This document shows positions 48,078-57,121 of a DNA stretch of 64,000 nt, piece after piece. The stretch is from NCBI GenBank assembly GCA_934274515.1, contig CAKQTC010000003.1, positions 1,948-65,947 of the forward strand, read 5' to 3'. The notes beneath the pieces are model-generated. The model worked only from the letters and a program-made list of their open reading frames with translations. It was not told the origin of the DNA and did not search any database. The position numbers and the translations under genes are program-made. This DNA is from an uncultured Clostridia bacterium. GTDB taxonomy: Bacteria > Bacillota > Clostridia > Christensenellales > DTU072. Each line of letters begins with the position of its first letter. The stretch's first letter is position 1.

Positions 48078-48593
48078 ATTTTTAAGGAATTATCGATAAA
48101 CGAGAGTATCGTTGACAAAGAGGTCCGACTTATTGACGAAAAAGGGCAACAACTCGGAGTAATGGCAAAGAGCGAAGCGCTTCGTATAGCGGAGTTTCGT
48201 AATCTTGATTTAGTCAATATCTCGCCGATGGCGAAACCGCCCGTATGCAAGATAATGGACTACGGCAAATATCGTTTCGATATGATAAAGAGAGAAAAAG
48301 AAGCGAAAAAAGCGCAAAAAGTCATCGAAGTCAAAGAAATAAAACTTTCGCAAACCATTGACGTAGGGGATATAAACGTCAGGGCGAAACAAACTCGCGA
48401 GTTTATCGCAGACGGAAACAGGGTCAAAGTTTCTTTGAGAATGAAAGGTCGTCAGATGGAACATCCGGAAATCAGCGTACAGGTTTTGGAAAACTTCTAC
48501 GAAAAGGTAAAGGACGTAGCCACAATGGATAAAAAACCGACAGCGGAAAACAGAAGCGTCTTTATGATGCTTTCACCTACGGTAAAAAAATAA
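48078..48593 (+). CDS. infC: translation initiation factor IF-3, ATT start codon
   Basis: In-frame ATT at 48078, 8 nt after GGAGG. The product starts IFKELSINESIVDKEVRLIDEKGQQLGV, like IF-3 N-termini. The track start at 48033 lies inside the attenuator hairpin. Confidence 0.88.
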   Translation: MFKELSINESIVDKEVRLIDEKGQQLGVMAKSEALRIAEFRNLDLVNISPMAKPPVCKIMDYGKYRFDMIKREKEAKKAQKVIEVKEIKLSQTIDVGDINVRAKQTREFIADGNRVKVSLRMKGRQMEHPEISVQVLENFYEKVKDVATMDKKPTAENRSVFMMLSPTVKK

Positions 48594-48624
48594 TAATAAA
48601 CACACATAAAGGAGAATTTGGATT

Positions 48625-48825
48625 ATGCCCAAAATGAAAACGCACAGCGGTGCGAAAAAGCGTTTTAGATTAACTGCTTCCGGAAAAATCAAGAGAGCGA
48701 AGCAGAACAAAAATCACATTCTTAACAAAAAACCGACCAAAAGAACGAGAAATCTTCGTAAAGGCGGATATGTAGACGCAACGCAACAAAAGACGATGGC
48801 GACGCTTATGAGCGGTCAGAAATAA
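48625..48825 (+). CDS. rpmI: 50S ribosomal protein L35
   Basis: [14 protein letters not shown]..., 66 aa. Confidence 0.95.
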   Translation: MPKMKTHSGAKKRFRLTASGKIKRAKQNKNHILNKKPTKRTRNLRKGGYVDATQQKTMATLMSGQK

Positions 48826-48837
48826 TGGAGGTGTCGT

Positions 48838-49191
48838 ATGAGAATTAAAAGAGCGGTAAACGCGGTAAAGAAAAGAAGAAAGATAATGAGAAGAGCGAAA
48901 GGATACTTCGGTTCCAAATCGCGTTCTTACAGAATAGCAAGACAGGCTGTCATGAAGTCGATGCAATACGCATACGTCGGAAGAAGACTTAAAAAGAGAG
49001 ATTTCCGTCAAATGTGGATTGCGAGAATAAACGCTGCGGCAAGAATGAACGATATTTCTTATTCCAGACTTATGTTTGGTTTGAGAACTGCCGGAATCGA
49101 ACTTAACCGTAAAATTCTTGCGGACATCGCGGTCAACGACCCTAAGGCGTTCGCGGATTTGTGCGAAAAGGCAAAAGCCGCTGCAAAATAA
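48838..49191 (+). CDS. rplT: 50S ribosomal protein L20
   Basis: [16 protein letters not shown]...[10 protein letters not shown], 117 aa. Confidence 0.95.
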   Translation: MRIKRAVNAVKKRRKIMRRAKGYFGSKSRSYRIARQAVMKSMQYAYVGRRLKKRDFRQMWIARINAAARMNDISYSRLMFGLRTAGIELNRKILADIAVNDPKAFADLCEKAKAAAK

Positions 49192-49201
49192 TAAAAAAAA
49201 G

Positions 49202-49235
49202 AAGTGGTTACCTTTTTAAGTAACCACTTTTAATA
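49202..49235 (+). terminator. intrinsic terminator after rplT
   Basis: aagtggttac / gtaaccactt 10-bp stem followed by ttttaat. Confidence 0.6.
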
Positions 49236-49248
49236 TCGGGACACAATT

Positions 49249-49992
49249 ATGATAGTGACGTCTTCGCAAAACGCTGTTCTTAAAAGGCTTCGCGCTTTAT
49301 ATAAGGATAAAAAACTTCGCTTACAAGAAGGAGTTTTTATTGCCGAAGGCGTAAATCTCGTCAAAGACATACCGACCGATTATAAGGTTGAAACCCTGTT
49401 CATAAAAGAAAGCAAAGCAAAAGACCTTCGTTATATCGAAGAAAAAATCGGGATAGAAGCGCATATCGTTAAAGACGGATTGTTTGATGCCGTTGCCGAG
49501 CAGGTTACGCCTTCGGGAATAATCGCTCTCGTGGAAAAGAAAGCCCCGCCCGCCCACCCCGAAGGAGATACGGTTCTTCTTCTCGACGGAATTTCCGACG
49601 CAGGAAATATGGGTACCATTATTCGTACCGCCGCGGCTAGGGGAGTGAAAACGATAATTTGCGCAGACTGTACCGACGCGTTTTCTCCCAAATGCGTGAG
49701 AGCCGCTATGAGCGGCACGTTTCGAGTTTCCATTATAGAAACGACGTTGTCGGGCGCTTTGGAATTACTGTACGATTATGATATAATCGGGCTTGATATG
49801 GACGGAAAATGTATCTACGGATACCGAAAAGGCGATAAAAAAATAGCGATAGCGGTCGGGAACGAGGCGCACGGGCTTAGTGAGAAGACGAGAAACGCTA
49901 TTAGCGAGAAATTGTCTATACCGATGGAAAACGGAATGGAATCGTTGAACGCCGCAGTGAGTGCGGGGATAGCGATGTATCTAATAAGATAA
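49249..49992 (+). CDS. TrmH/SpoU-family RNA 2'-O-methyltransferase
   Basis: SpoU motifs: LDGISDAGNMGTIIRTAAA, IAVGNEAHGLS, IPMENGMESLNAAVSAGIAMY. Confidence 0.85.
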   Translation: MIVTSSQNAVLKRLRALYKDKKLRLQEGVFIAEGVNLVKDIPTDYKVETLFIKESKAKDLRYIEEKIGIEAHIVKDGLFDAVAEQVTPSGIIALVEKKAPPAHPEGDTVLLLDGISDAGNMGTIIRTAAARGVKTIICADCTDAFSPKCVRAAMSGTFRVSIIETTLSGALELLYDYDIIGLDMDGKCIYGYRKGDKKIAIAVGNEAHGLSEKTRNAISEKLSIPMENGMESLNAAVSAGIAMYLIR

Positions 49993-50006
49993 ACAGGAGT
50001 AGAGCA

Positions 50007-50753
50007 ATGAGCGGACATAGCAAATGGGCGAACATTAAAAATAAAAAAGGCAAGGCGGACGCAGCGAGAGGCAGCGTTTTCACCAAAATAGGGAGAGAGA
50101 TAGCGGTTGCGGTTAAAGCAGGCGGTCCCGATCCGAACAGCAATTCAAAACTGCGTGACGTTATCGCGAAAGCGAAACAGAACAATATGCCGAACGAGAA
50201 CATAACGCGTTCGATAAAGAAAGCGAGCGGAGAACTCAACGCGGTAAACTACGAAGACATGCAGTATGAAGGTTATGCGGCAGGCGGAGTGGCGGTTATC
50301 GTTGAAGCGCTTACCGACAATAAGAACCGTACGGCAGGCGACGTAAGGCATGCGTTCGATAAATGCGGCGGTTCGTTAGGCAGCACGGGATGCGTTTCCT
50401 ACTTGTTTAAGAAGAAAGGACTTATCGTGGCGGAAGCGAGCAAAGAAATGACGGAAGACGACGTAATGATGCTTGCTCTCGAAGCAGGTGCGGACGACGT
50501 GGTAAACGACGAAGAAGACGTTTATGAAATATATACGCTTCCTGCGGATGTAAACGACGTAAAAGAATCGCTTGAAAAAGGCGGAATGAGCATTTTGAGT
50601 TTTGAAAGCGGTTTTTATCCGGACGATTACGTTACGCCTGCGGAAGAAACGATACCGATGATTGAAAAACTTATAGGAATGCTTGAAGAAAACGACGACG
50701 TACAAAACGTATATCACAACGCGGATTTACCCGAAACGGAAGACGAGGAGTGA
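50007..50753 (+). CDS. yebC: YebC/PmpR family DNA-binding transcriptional regulator
   Basis: MSGHSKWANIKNKKGKADAARG is the signature N-terminus. 248 aa. Confidence 0.93.
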   Translation: MSGHSKWANIKNKKGKADAARGSVFTKIGREIAVAVKAGGPDPNSNSKLRDVIAKAKQNNMPNENITRSIKKASGELNAVNYEDMQYEGYAAGGVAVIVEALTDNKNRTAGDVRHAFDKCGGSLGSTGCVSYLFKKKGLIVAEASKEMTEDDVMMLALEAGADDVVNDEEDVYEIYTLPADVNDVKESLEKGGMSILSFESGFYPDDYVTPAEETIPMIEKLIGMLEENDDVQNVYHNADLPETEDEE

Positions 50754-50758
50754 TAAAT

Positions 50759-52000
50759 ATGAACGTAAAAGCGGTATGCGAAAAGACGAAAAAAGCGGCC
50801 AACGCTTTTTTTGCCGTAAAAACGGAGCAGAAAAACAGACTTCTCGAAAAAATCAAAGAAGTCGTGCTTGCCAACGCGGAAGAACTTAAAAGAATTAACG
50901 CGATTGACGTTGAAGAAGGCAAGAAAAACGGCTTGTGCGCGGCGTTTGTCGATAGATTGACGCTTACCGACGCAAGGATAAAAACTATGTGCGACGGGAT
51001 AGACGAAGTAATCGCCTTGCCCGATTACGTAGGGCTTGTCGAGGACCGCTACACGTTAAAAAACGGGCTTGTTGTGGAAAAAGTGCACGCACCGCTCGGG
51101 GTAATCGGAATAATATACGAATCAAGACCGAACGTGACGATTGACGCGGCTGTTCTTTGTATTAAATCGGGGAACGGAGTCGTGCTTAAAGGTGGCAAAG
51201 AAGCGATAAACAGCAACCGTAAACTCGTCGAATTAATGAAGCGTGCGTTTGCCGAATGCGGAGAGAACTCGGATTTAATAGGTTTTATCGACAGCACGGA
51301 CAGAGAAAAGACGATGGAAATGTTGCATGCAGGCGGACTTATCGACGTTATTATTCCAAGGGGCGGTGAAAAACTAAAAAAATTCGTTATCAAAGAAGCG
51401 TCGATGCCCGTAATTGCGTCAAGCGGCGGAAATTGTCACGTTTACGTTGAAAAAACCGCTGATTTTGCCATGGCAAAGAAAGTTGTTCTTAACGCGAAAA
51501 CCAGCCGTCCGTCGGTGTGTAACGCGGCGGAAACGTTGCTTGTAGATCGAGCGATATCACGCGATTTCTTGCCCGAATGTCTTGACGCGCTTAAAGAAAA
51601 AGGCGTGGAGATACGAGGAACGGCGGAAGTTAAGGAAATATATCCCGACGCGAAAATCGTTTCCGACGAAGAGTTTTACGTAGAGTACGAAGATATGATT
51701 ATTAAAGTAAAAATCGTAGAAAACGAAGAAGAAGCGGTAAAACATATCAACGAATACGGCACGAACCATAGCGAGGCGATAATAACAAGAGACGAAAAAG
51801 CGGCGGAATATTTTACGACGATGGTGGACGCAGGGTGCGTGTACGTTAACGCGTCAACGCGGTTTACCGACGGATACGAACTCGGACTCGGCGCAGAAAT
51901 GGGAATATCCACGCAAAAACTGCACGTCAGGGGTCCGATAGGGCTTAAAGAACTTACTTCCGTCAAATACGTCGTAAAAGGCGACGGACAAGTGAGATAA
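50759..52000 (+). CDS. proA: glutamate-5-semialdehyde dehydrogenase (gamma-glutamyl phosphate reductase)
   Basis: ALDH-fold ProA motifs (IYESRPNVT, CNAAETLLV). The ATG at 50759 lies 8 nt after GAGGAG and is preferred over the GTG at 50750. Confidence 0.9.
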   Translation: MNVKAVCEKTKKAANAFFAVKTEQKNRLLEKIKEVVLANAEELKRINAIDVEEGKKNGLCAAFVDRLTLTDARIKTMCDGIDEVIALPDYVGLVEDRYTLKNGLVVEKVHAPLGVIGIIYESRPNVTIDAAVLCIKSGNGVVLKGGKEAINSNRKLVELMKRAFAECGENSDLIGFIDSTDREKTMEMLHAGGLIDVIIPRGGEKLKKFVIKEASMPVIASSGGNCHVYVEKTADFAMAKKVVLNAKTSRPSVCNAAETLLVDRAISRDFLPECLDALKEKGVEIRGTAEVKEIYPDAKIVSDEEFYVEYEDMIIKVKIVENEEEAVKHINEYGTNHSEAIITRDEKAAEYFTTMVDAGCVYVNASTRFTDGYELGLGAEMGISTQKLHVRGPIGLKELTSVKYVVKGDGQVR

Positions 52001-52017
52001 ATAAAAATTTCGTAAAA

Positions 52018-52050
52018 CCCGTTTTTCAACAGAAAAACGGGCTTTAATAA
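52018..52050 (+). terminator. intrinsic terminator after proA
   Basis: cccgttttt-caacag-aaaaacggg followed by ctttaataattt. Confidence 0.65.
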
Positions 52051-52051
52051 T

Positions 52052-52080
52052 TTGATAGCATAATTAAATTGTGATATAAT
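52052..52080 (+). promoter_or_regulatory. SigA-type promoter TTGATA-17-(TG)TATAAT for the pfk genes
   Basis: ttgata at 52052-52057, a spacer ending in tga, then tataat at 52075-52080. Confidence 0.65.
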
Positions 52081-52129
52081 TTGAAATAATATTTACAAAT
52101 GAAGATATACGGTTATGCGGAGATAGAAG

Positions 52130-53113
52130 ATGAGCAAAAATAAAATAGAAAAAATAGGCATTTTGACTAGCGGCGGCGACGCGCCGGGTATGAACGCGGC
52201 TATAAGAGCGGTTGTCCGTTGTGCGTCGGCGGCAGGAATAGAATGTTACGGAATTGACGACGGTTACACCGGGCTTATCGACGGAGAAGTTCACAAAATA
52301 GATTCGAGGTTCGTTTCGGATACCGTTCAGAAAGGGGGTACGATTTTGCGTACTTCGCGTTGTCCGGAATTTCTTGAAAAAGAGTACAGATTAAAAGCGT
52401 ACGAAGTTTTGCAAGCGTACGGTATCGGCGGACTTGTCGTAATAGGCGGAGGAGGCTCGCTTGCCGGAATGAGCGAGTTTTATAAAGATTTCGGCGTGCC
52501 TTGCGTTGGGCTTCCCGGGACGATAGACAACGACCTTGCTTACACGGATTTCACGCTCGGATTCGACACGGCGGTAAACACGGTCATAAGCGCGATAAAC
52601 AACATCAGGGATACGATGACCGCACATAACCGCGCCTGTATAATCGAAGTTATGGGAAGACACTGCGGAGATATTGCTTTGTATGCGGGCATATCGGGCG
52701 GTGCGGAAATTATTCTCGTACCCGAAATTCCTTTTGACATCAAAGAAATCGCGAAAACGATAAAACTTGACAGAATAAAAGGAAAGAAATCGGTAATTAT
52801 CGTCCTTGCCGAAGGAGTTTGCAGTTGTGTAGAACTCAAAGAAAAATTGCTTGCGGAAGTTGACGAAATACAGATAAGAACGGTTAAACTCGGATATATT
52901 CAACGCGGAGGAATGCCGTCGATGAGCGACAGAGTGCTTGCAGCAAGGTGCGGAGCGCGCGCAATCGAACTGTTTATGAAAGGAGATTGCGGCGGCAGGG
53001 CGATAGGAATAAAAGAAAACAAAATAATAGACATCGATATCGAAGACGCGCTTAAATGCGAAAGCAAATTCGATACGGAGTTGTATGAAATAGCGAAAAA
53101 ACTAGGAAAATAA
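52130..53113 (+). CDS. pfkA: 6-phosphofructokinase, PfkA family (ATP-type by the G104/G124 rule, with an atypical GGGGS motif)
   Basis: GILTSGGDAPGMNAAIR, GLPGTIDNDL, MGRHCGDIAL. The DNA gta ata ggc gga gga ggc tcg encodes VIGGGGS where the family has GGDGS. Confidence 0.88.
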   Translation: MSKNKIEKIGILTSGGDAPGMNAAIRAVVRCASAAGIECYGIDDGYTGLIDGEVHKIDSRFVSDTVQKGGTILRTSRCPEFLEKEYRLKAYEVLQAYGIGGLVVIGGGGSLAGMSEFYKDFGVPCVGLPGTIDNDLAYTDFTLGFDTAVNTVISAINNIRDTMTAHNRACIIEVMGRHCGDIALYAGISGGAEIILVPEIPFDIKEIAKTIKLDRIKGKKSVIIVLAEGVCSCVELKEKLLAEVDEIQIRTVKLGYIQRGGMPSMSDRVLAARCGARAIELFMKGDCGGRAIGIKENKIIDIDIEDALKCESKFDTELYEIAKKLGK

Positions 53114-53129
53114 GAAACGGAGGCATAAA

Positions 53130-54380
53130 ATGAAAAATTTAGTCGGAGCATGTATGTTCGGACAGTCGGGCGGACCGACGTCGGTTATCAATTCGAGCGC
53201 GGCAGGCGTTTTTATCGAAGCGTTGGCTCAGAAAAACATTACTAAGGTTTACGGCGCGGCGAACGGCATTCAGGGTATTTTAACGGAAAACTTCTACGAT
53301 ATGGGACAAGAAGACGAGAAAGAACTTTATCTTCTCAAAAACACCCCGTCTTCCGCTCTCGGTTCGGTAAGATATAAACTCAAAAGCGCAGACGTAGACG
53401 AAACCGATTATAAGAGAATTCTCGAAGTGTTCAAAAAATACAACGTAAGATATTTTTTCTATAACGGCGGAAACGACAGTATGGACACTTGTAACAAAAT
53501 AAGCAAATATTTGCTTAAAAGCGGTTACGAATGTAACATTATCGGCGTACCGAAAACGATAGATAACGACCTTTACGGCACAGATCACTGTCCGGGATAC
53601 GGCAGTGCGGCGAAATACGTTGCGACAACGATGATGGAAATGTATTTGGACGCGACCGTTTACGATAAAGGACAAATTACCATAGTGGAAATTATGGGAC
53701 GTAACGCAGGTTGGCTTACGGCGGCGAGCGCGCTCGCTTCGTATAAAGGACTCGGTCCCGATCTTATTTATCTGCCCGAGCAGCCGTTTGACGTGGAAAA
53801 ATTTCTTAAACAAGTCAAAGAAGTCGCGGATAAGAACAACGGTAAATGTATCGTTGCGCTCAGCGAAGGTATCAAAACCGCCGACGGACAATATGTAGTC
53901 GAAGCGATTGCATCGGCGTCCGCCGCGAAAGACAGTTTCGGTCATACGCAACTGGGCGGTGTAGCGGCGACGCTTGCAAATCTCGTAAAAGAGAAAATCG
54001 GCGGTAAAGTAAGAGCCGTCGAGTTCAGCCTGATGCAGAGATGCGGAGCGCACCTTGCAAGCAAAACGGACGTCGAAGAAGCGTTCGAGGCAGGTAGAAC
54101 GGCTGTACGCAGCGCGTGCGAAGGGTATACCGATAAAATGGTTGTTTTTGAAAGGCAACCCGGGAAAGAGTACAAAATCGAATATAAACTTATGAATATA
54201 GAACTTGCGGCGAACACAGAAAAGAAGATACCCGACAGTTGGATACTTCCCGACAATAAAGGACTCAGCCAAGAATTTATCGACTACGCTTTGCCCCTTA
54301 TTCAAGGCGATTCCAAAGCGCCGCTCGAAGACGGTTTGCCGAGATTTGCTCATCTAAAAAAAGTAAAGGTAAAGGCTTAA
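53130..54380 (+). CDS. pfp: long-form phosphofructokinase, predicted PPi-dependent (Pfp type)
   Basis: 416 aa. GGNDS (Asp at the E. coli 104-equivalent) and VPKTIDND (Lys at the 124-equivalent) are the residues associated with PPi use. Confidence 0.78.
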   Translation: MKNLVGACMFGQSGGPTSVINSSAAGVFIEALAQKNITKVYGAANGIQGILTENFYDMGQEDEKELYLLKNTPSSALGSVRYKLKSADVDETDYKRILEVFKKYNVRYFFYNGGNDSMDTCNKISKYLLKSGYECNIIGVPKTIDNDLYGTDHCPGYGSAAKYVATTMMEMYLDATVYDKGQITIVEIMGRNAGWLTAASALASYKGLGPDLIYLPEQPFDVEKFLKQVKEVADKNNGKCIVALSEGIKTADGQYVVEAIASASAAKDSFGHTQLGGVAATLANLVKEKIGGKVRAVEFSLMQRCGAHLASKTDVEEAFEAGRTAVRSACEGYTDKMVVFERQPGKEYKIEYKLMNIELAANTEKKIPDSWILPDNKGLSQEFIDYALPLIQGDSKAPLEDGLPRFAHLKKVKVKA

Positions 54381-54383
54381 AGA

Positions 54384-55262
54384 GTGAAAAAAGACAAGAT
54401 AAGCGCAGAGAAAGAATTTAACGAAAACGGTTCGGAAAAGAACAACGAAGGGAAAACGAGGTTCAAACCGACGAAAAAGATGCTTGTTATAATCGCGAGC
54501 GTTTGCGTCGTTTTGATAATTGTCGCCGTTGCCGTGCCGCTAGGGATAATTTTCGGGAACAAGAAAACCGTTCCCGCGCCTTATTTTGCCGAATTTAATG
54601 AAGAAAGCGATTATTACATCCGTATAAGGTGGAATAAAATTCGCGGAGCGAACGCATATAGTTATATTTACTGTTACGGTGCCCCGGAAAAAACGGACGA
54701 ATCGAAATACGTCGAAGGCAGAACGCAAAATACGGTTACTTCCATTCCGCGCCACAAAGGAACGGTTGCGTTTAAGGTCAGAGCGGAGATAAGCGGAGAA
54801 AATACCGTGTATTCCGAGTGGATTAAACTTGACGTTTCGGCATGGAAACTCGAAAAACCGATAGTAACGATAAGCGATAAAATGTCGGTTTCGTGGGTAC
54901 CGTCCACGTTTAAGGCAGACGACAAAGCATACGAAGTAAAAACTTATCGGTGCGAGATGTTAATAGACGGAGAAAACGTTTTGCAAGATTACACGATTTC
55001 GGGGAAATCGGTCGATTTCGGGAATTTCGTGTATAGGGCGCTCGGAAACGAAGAAAAAGTACAAAACTATAATCTTTACGGGACGTGGACAGATATAACT
55101 CTTACTGTCCGAGTAAAAGCGCTTGCGTACGAAATTTTTGCCGGGACACAAATAACTTCTCCGCAAAAACCGTACGACGTTTTACTTAACGTTTACGAAG
55201 ACAGCGATTATTACGAAAAAACCTTAAATATTACGGAAGAAATTTATAACGGTTTGAAATAA
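54384..55262 (+). CDS. type II membrane-anchored protein with fibronectin-III-like ectodomain(s)
   Basis: GTG start. Charged N-terminus, then TM MLVIIASVCVVLIIVAVAVPLGIIF. IRIRWNKIRGANAYSYIY and VSWVPS resemble FN3 strands. Confidence 0.6.
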   Translation: MKKDKISAEKEFNENGSEKNNEGKTRFKPTKKMLVIIASVCVVLIIVAVAVPLGIIFGNKKTVPAPYFAEFNEESDYYIRIRWNKIRGANAYSYIYCYGAPEKTDESKYVEGRTQNTVTSIPRHKGTVAFKVRAEISGENTVYSEWIKLDVSAWKLEKPIVTISDKMSVSWVPSTFKADDKAYEVKTYRCEMLIDGENVLQDYTISGKSVDFGNFVYRALGNEEKVQNYNLYGTWTDITLTVRVKALAYEIFAGTQITSPQKPYDVLLNVYEDSDYYEKTLNITEEIYNGLK

Positions 55263-55279
55263 ATGGAGTAAAAGAGCAA

Positions 55280-57103
55280 ATGAAAAGAGATGATTTGCGT
55301 AATATAGCGATTATAGCGCACGTTGACCATGGTAAAACCACGCTCGTTGACGCTATGCTTAAACAAGGGGGAATATTCAGAGATAATCAATCCGTTCCTA
55401 CCTGCGTAATGGACAATAACGCGATTGAAAGAGAACGCGGAATTACCATTCTTGCGAAAAACACGTCGGCATTTTATAAGGATATTAAGATTAACATCGT
55501 CGATACGCCCGGACACGCGGATTTTGGCGGTGAAGTCGAGCGTGTATTGAAGATGATAAACGGCGTCGTACTTCTTGTAGACGCGTACGAAGGGCCTATG
55601 CCGCAGACGAGATTTGTTTTGCAAAAAGCCCTTGAAATGAACCATAAAATCATAATATGTATAAATAAAATCGACAAGCCCGGCGCAAGATGCGACGAAG
55701 TGCTTAACGAAGTGTACGACTTGTTGCTCGAACTTAACGCAACCGAAGAACAACTGTACAGCCCGGTTGTTTATTGTAGCGGAAGAGCGGGAACGGCTAC
55801 GCTTTCTCTCGATGAAGAAGGGAAAGACCTCGTTCCGCTTTTTGAAACGATTATATCGCATATAGACCCGCCCGAAGGCGACGAAAACGCGCCTTTACAA
55901 GTTCTTGTGTCCGCAATCGATTACAACGATTACGTCGGAAGAATAGCAATCGGGAGAATAGAACGCGGAATTATGAAAGCGAACAAAGAAGTCGTCGTTT
56001 GCAACTATCACACCGACGAAAAGTATCGCGGAAAGATAACGAACATCTATCAGTTCGCAGGGCTTAACAAAATGACGACAGAATCGGCGAAAGTCGGCGA
56101 TATAGTGAGTTTCAGCGGCTTGGAAAACATCACGATAGGAGAAACCGTCTGCGACCCGACGCTTGTCGAACCGATACCTTTCGTAAAAATAAGCGAACCA
56201 ACGTTGCAAATGTCGTTCTCGGTCAACGACAGCCCGTTTGCCGGGAAAGAAGGCAAGTTCGTAACGAGCAGACATCTACGAGCAAGACTTATGAAAGAAT
56301 TGCTTAAAGACGTTTCTCTCAAAGTTACCGAAAAATCAAGCGACGAATTTATAGTAAGCGGCAGGGGAGAAATTCACCTTTCTATTCTTATGGAAAATAT
56401 GAGAAGAGAAGGATACGAATTTCAGGTAAGTACGCCGCAAGTGATAAATAAGGTTATTGACGGCGTGTTGTGTGAACCTATGGAAAAACTGTTTATCGAC
56501 GTGCCGGATACCTGCATCGGCGCGGTTATGGAAGATATGGGTAGAAGGCAAGGCGAACTTATTACGATGAATCCGCTCGGAACGAGAACGAAACTTGAAT
56601 TTACTATTCCCGCAAGAGGACTTTTGGGATACCGAAACGACTTTATGACGGAAACAAGAGGCGAGGGCGTAATGAGTAGTATTTTCACCGGATACGAACC
56701 GCTTAAAGGCAGCGTGCCGCGTCGCCCTTACGGTGCGTTCGTTGCATGGGAAACAGGCGAGGCGGTTACTTACGGGCTGTTTAACGCGCAAGGCAGGGGG
56801 CAACTGTTTATCGGACCCGGAACGCCCGTTTACGCAGGAATGGTCGTAGGATATTCGCCGAAACAGGAAGATATACCCGTAAACGTATGCAAAAAGAAGC
56901 ATGTCACGAATATGCGTGCGGCAGGAAGCGACGAGGCTCTTACTTTGGAAACGCCGAGAAGATTCAGCCTTGAAGAATGTATAGAATTTCTTTCTATCGA
57001 CGAGATGCTGGAAGTGACGCCGAAGAGTTTACGTATAAGAAAAACCATTCTTGACCATTCGGAGAGAATGAGAAAATTATCGAGAGAAAAGAACGGAAAT
57101 TAA
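55280..57103 (+). CDS. typA: translational GTPase TypA/BipA
   Basis: RNIAIIAHVDHGKTTLVD, DTPGHADFGGEVER, NKIDKP. 607 aa. Confidence 0.96.
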   Translation: MKRDDLRNIAIIAHVDHGKTTLVDAMLKQGGIFRDNQSVPTCVMDNNAIERERGITILAKNTSAFYKDIKINIVDTPGHADFGGEVERVLKMINGVVLLVDAYEGPMPQTRFVLQKALEMNHKIIICINKIDKPGARCDEVLNEVYDLLLELNATEEQLYSPVVYCSGRAGTATLSLDEEGKDLVPLFETIISHIDPPEGDENAPLQVLVSAIDYNDYVGRIAIGRIERGIMKANKEVVVCNYHTDEKYRGKITNIYQFAGLNKMTTESAKVGDIVSFSGLENITIGETVCDPTLVEPIPFVKISEPTLQMSFSVNDSPFAGKEGKFVTSRHLRARLMKELLKDVSLKVTEKSSDEFIVSGRGEIHLSILMENMRREGYEFQVSTPQVINKVIDGVLCEPMEKLFIDVPDTCIGAVMEDMGRRQGELITMNPLGTRTKLEFTIPARGLLGYRNDFMTETRGEGVMSSIFTGYEPLKGSVPRRPYGAFVAWETGEAVTYGLFNAQGRGQLFIGPGTPVYAGMVVGYSPKQEDIPVNVCKKKHVTNMRAAGSDEALTLETPRRFSLEECIEFLSIDEMLEVTPKSLRIRKTILDHSERMRKLSREKNGN

Positions 57104-57121
57104 ACGATAAAGGAGAACAAA

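Noticed and set aside
53280-54353. 357-aa minus-strand ORF opposite the PPi-type PFK
   Set aside because: Antisense shadow of a well-supported gene, with no recognisable motifs.
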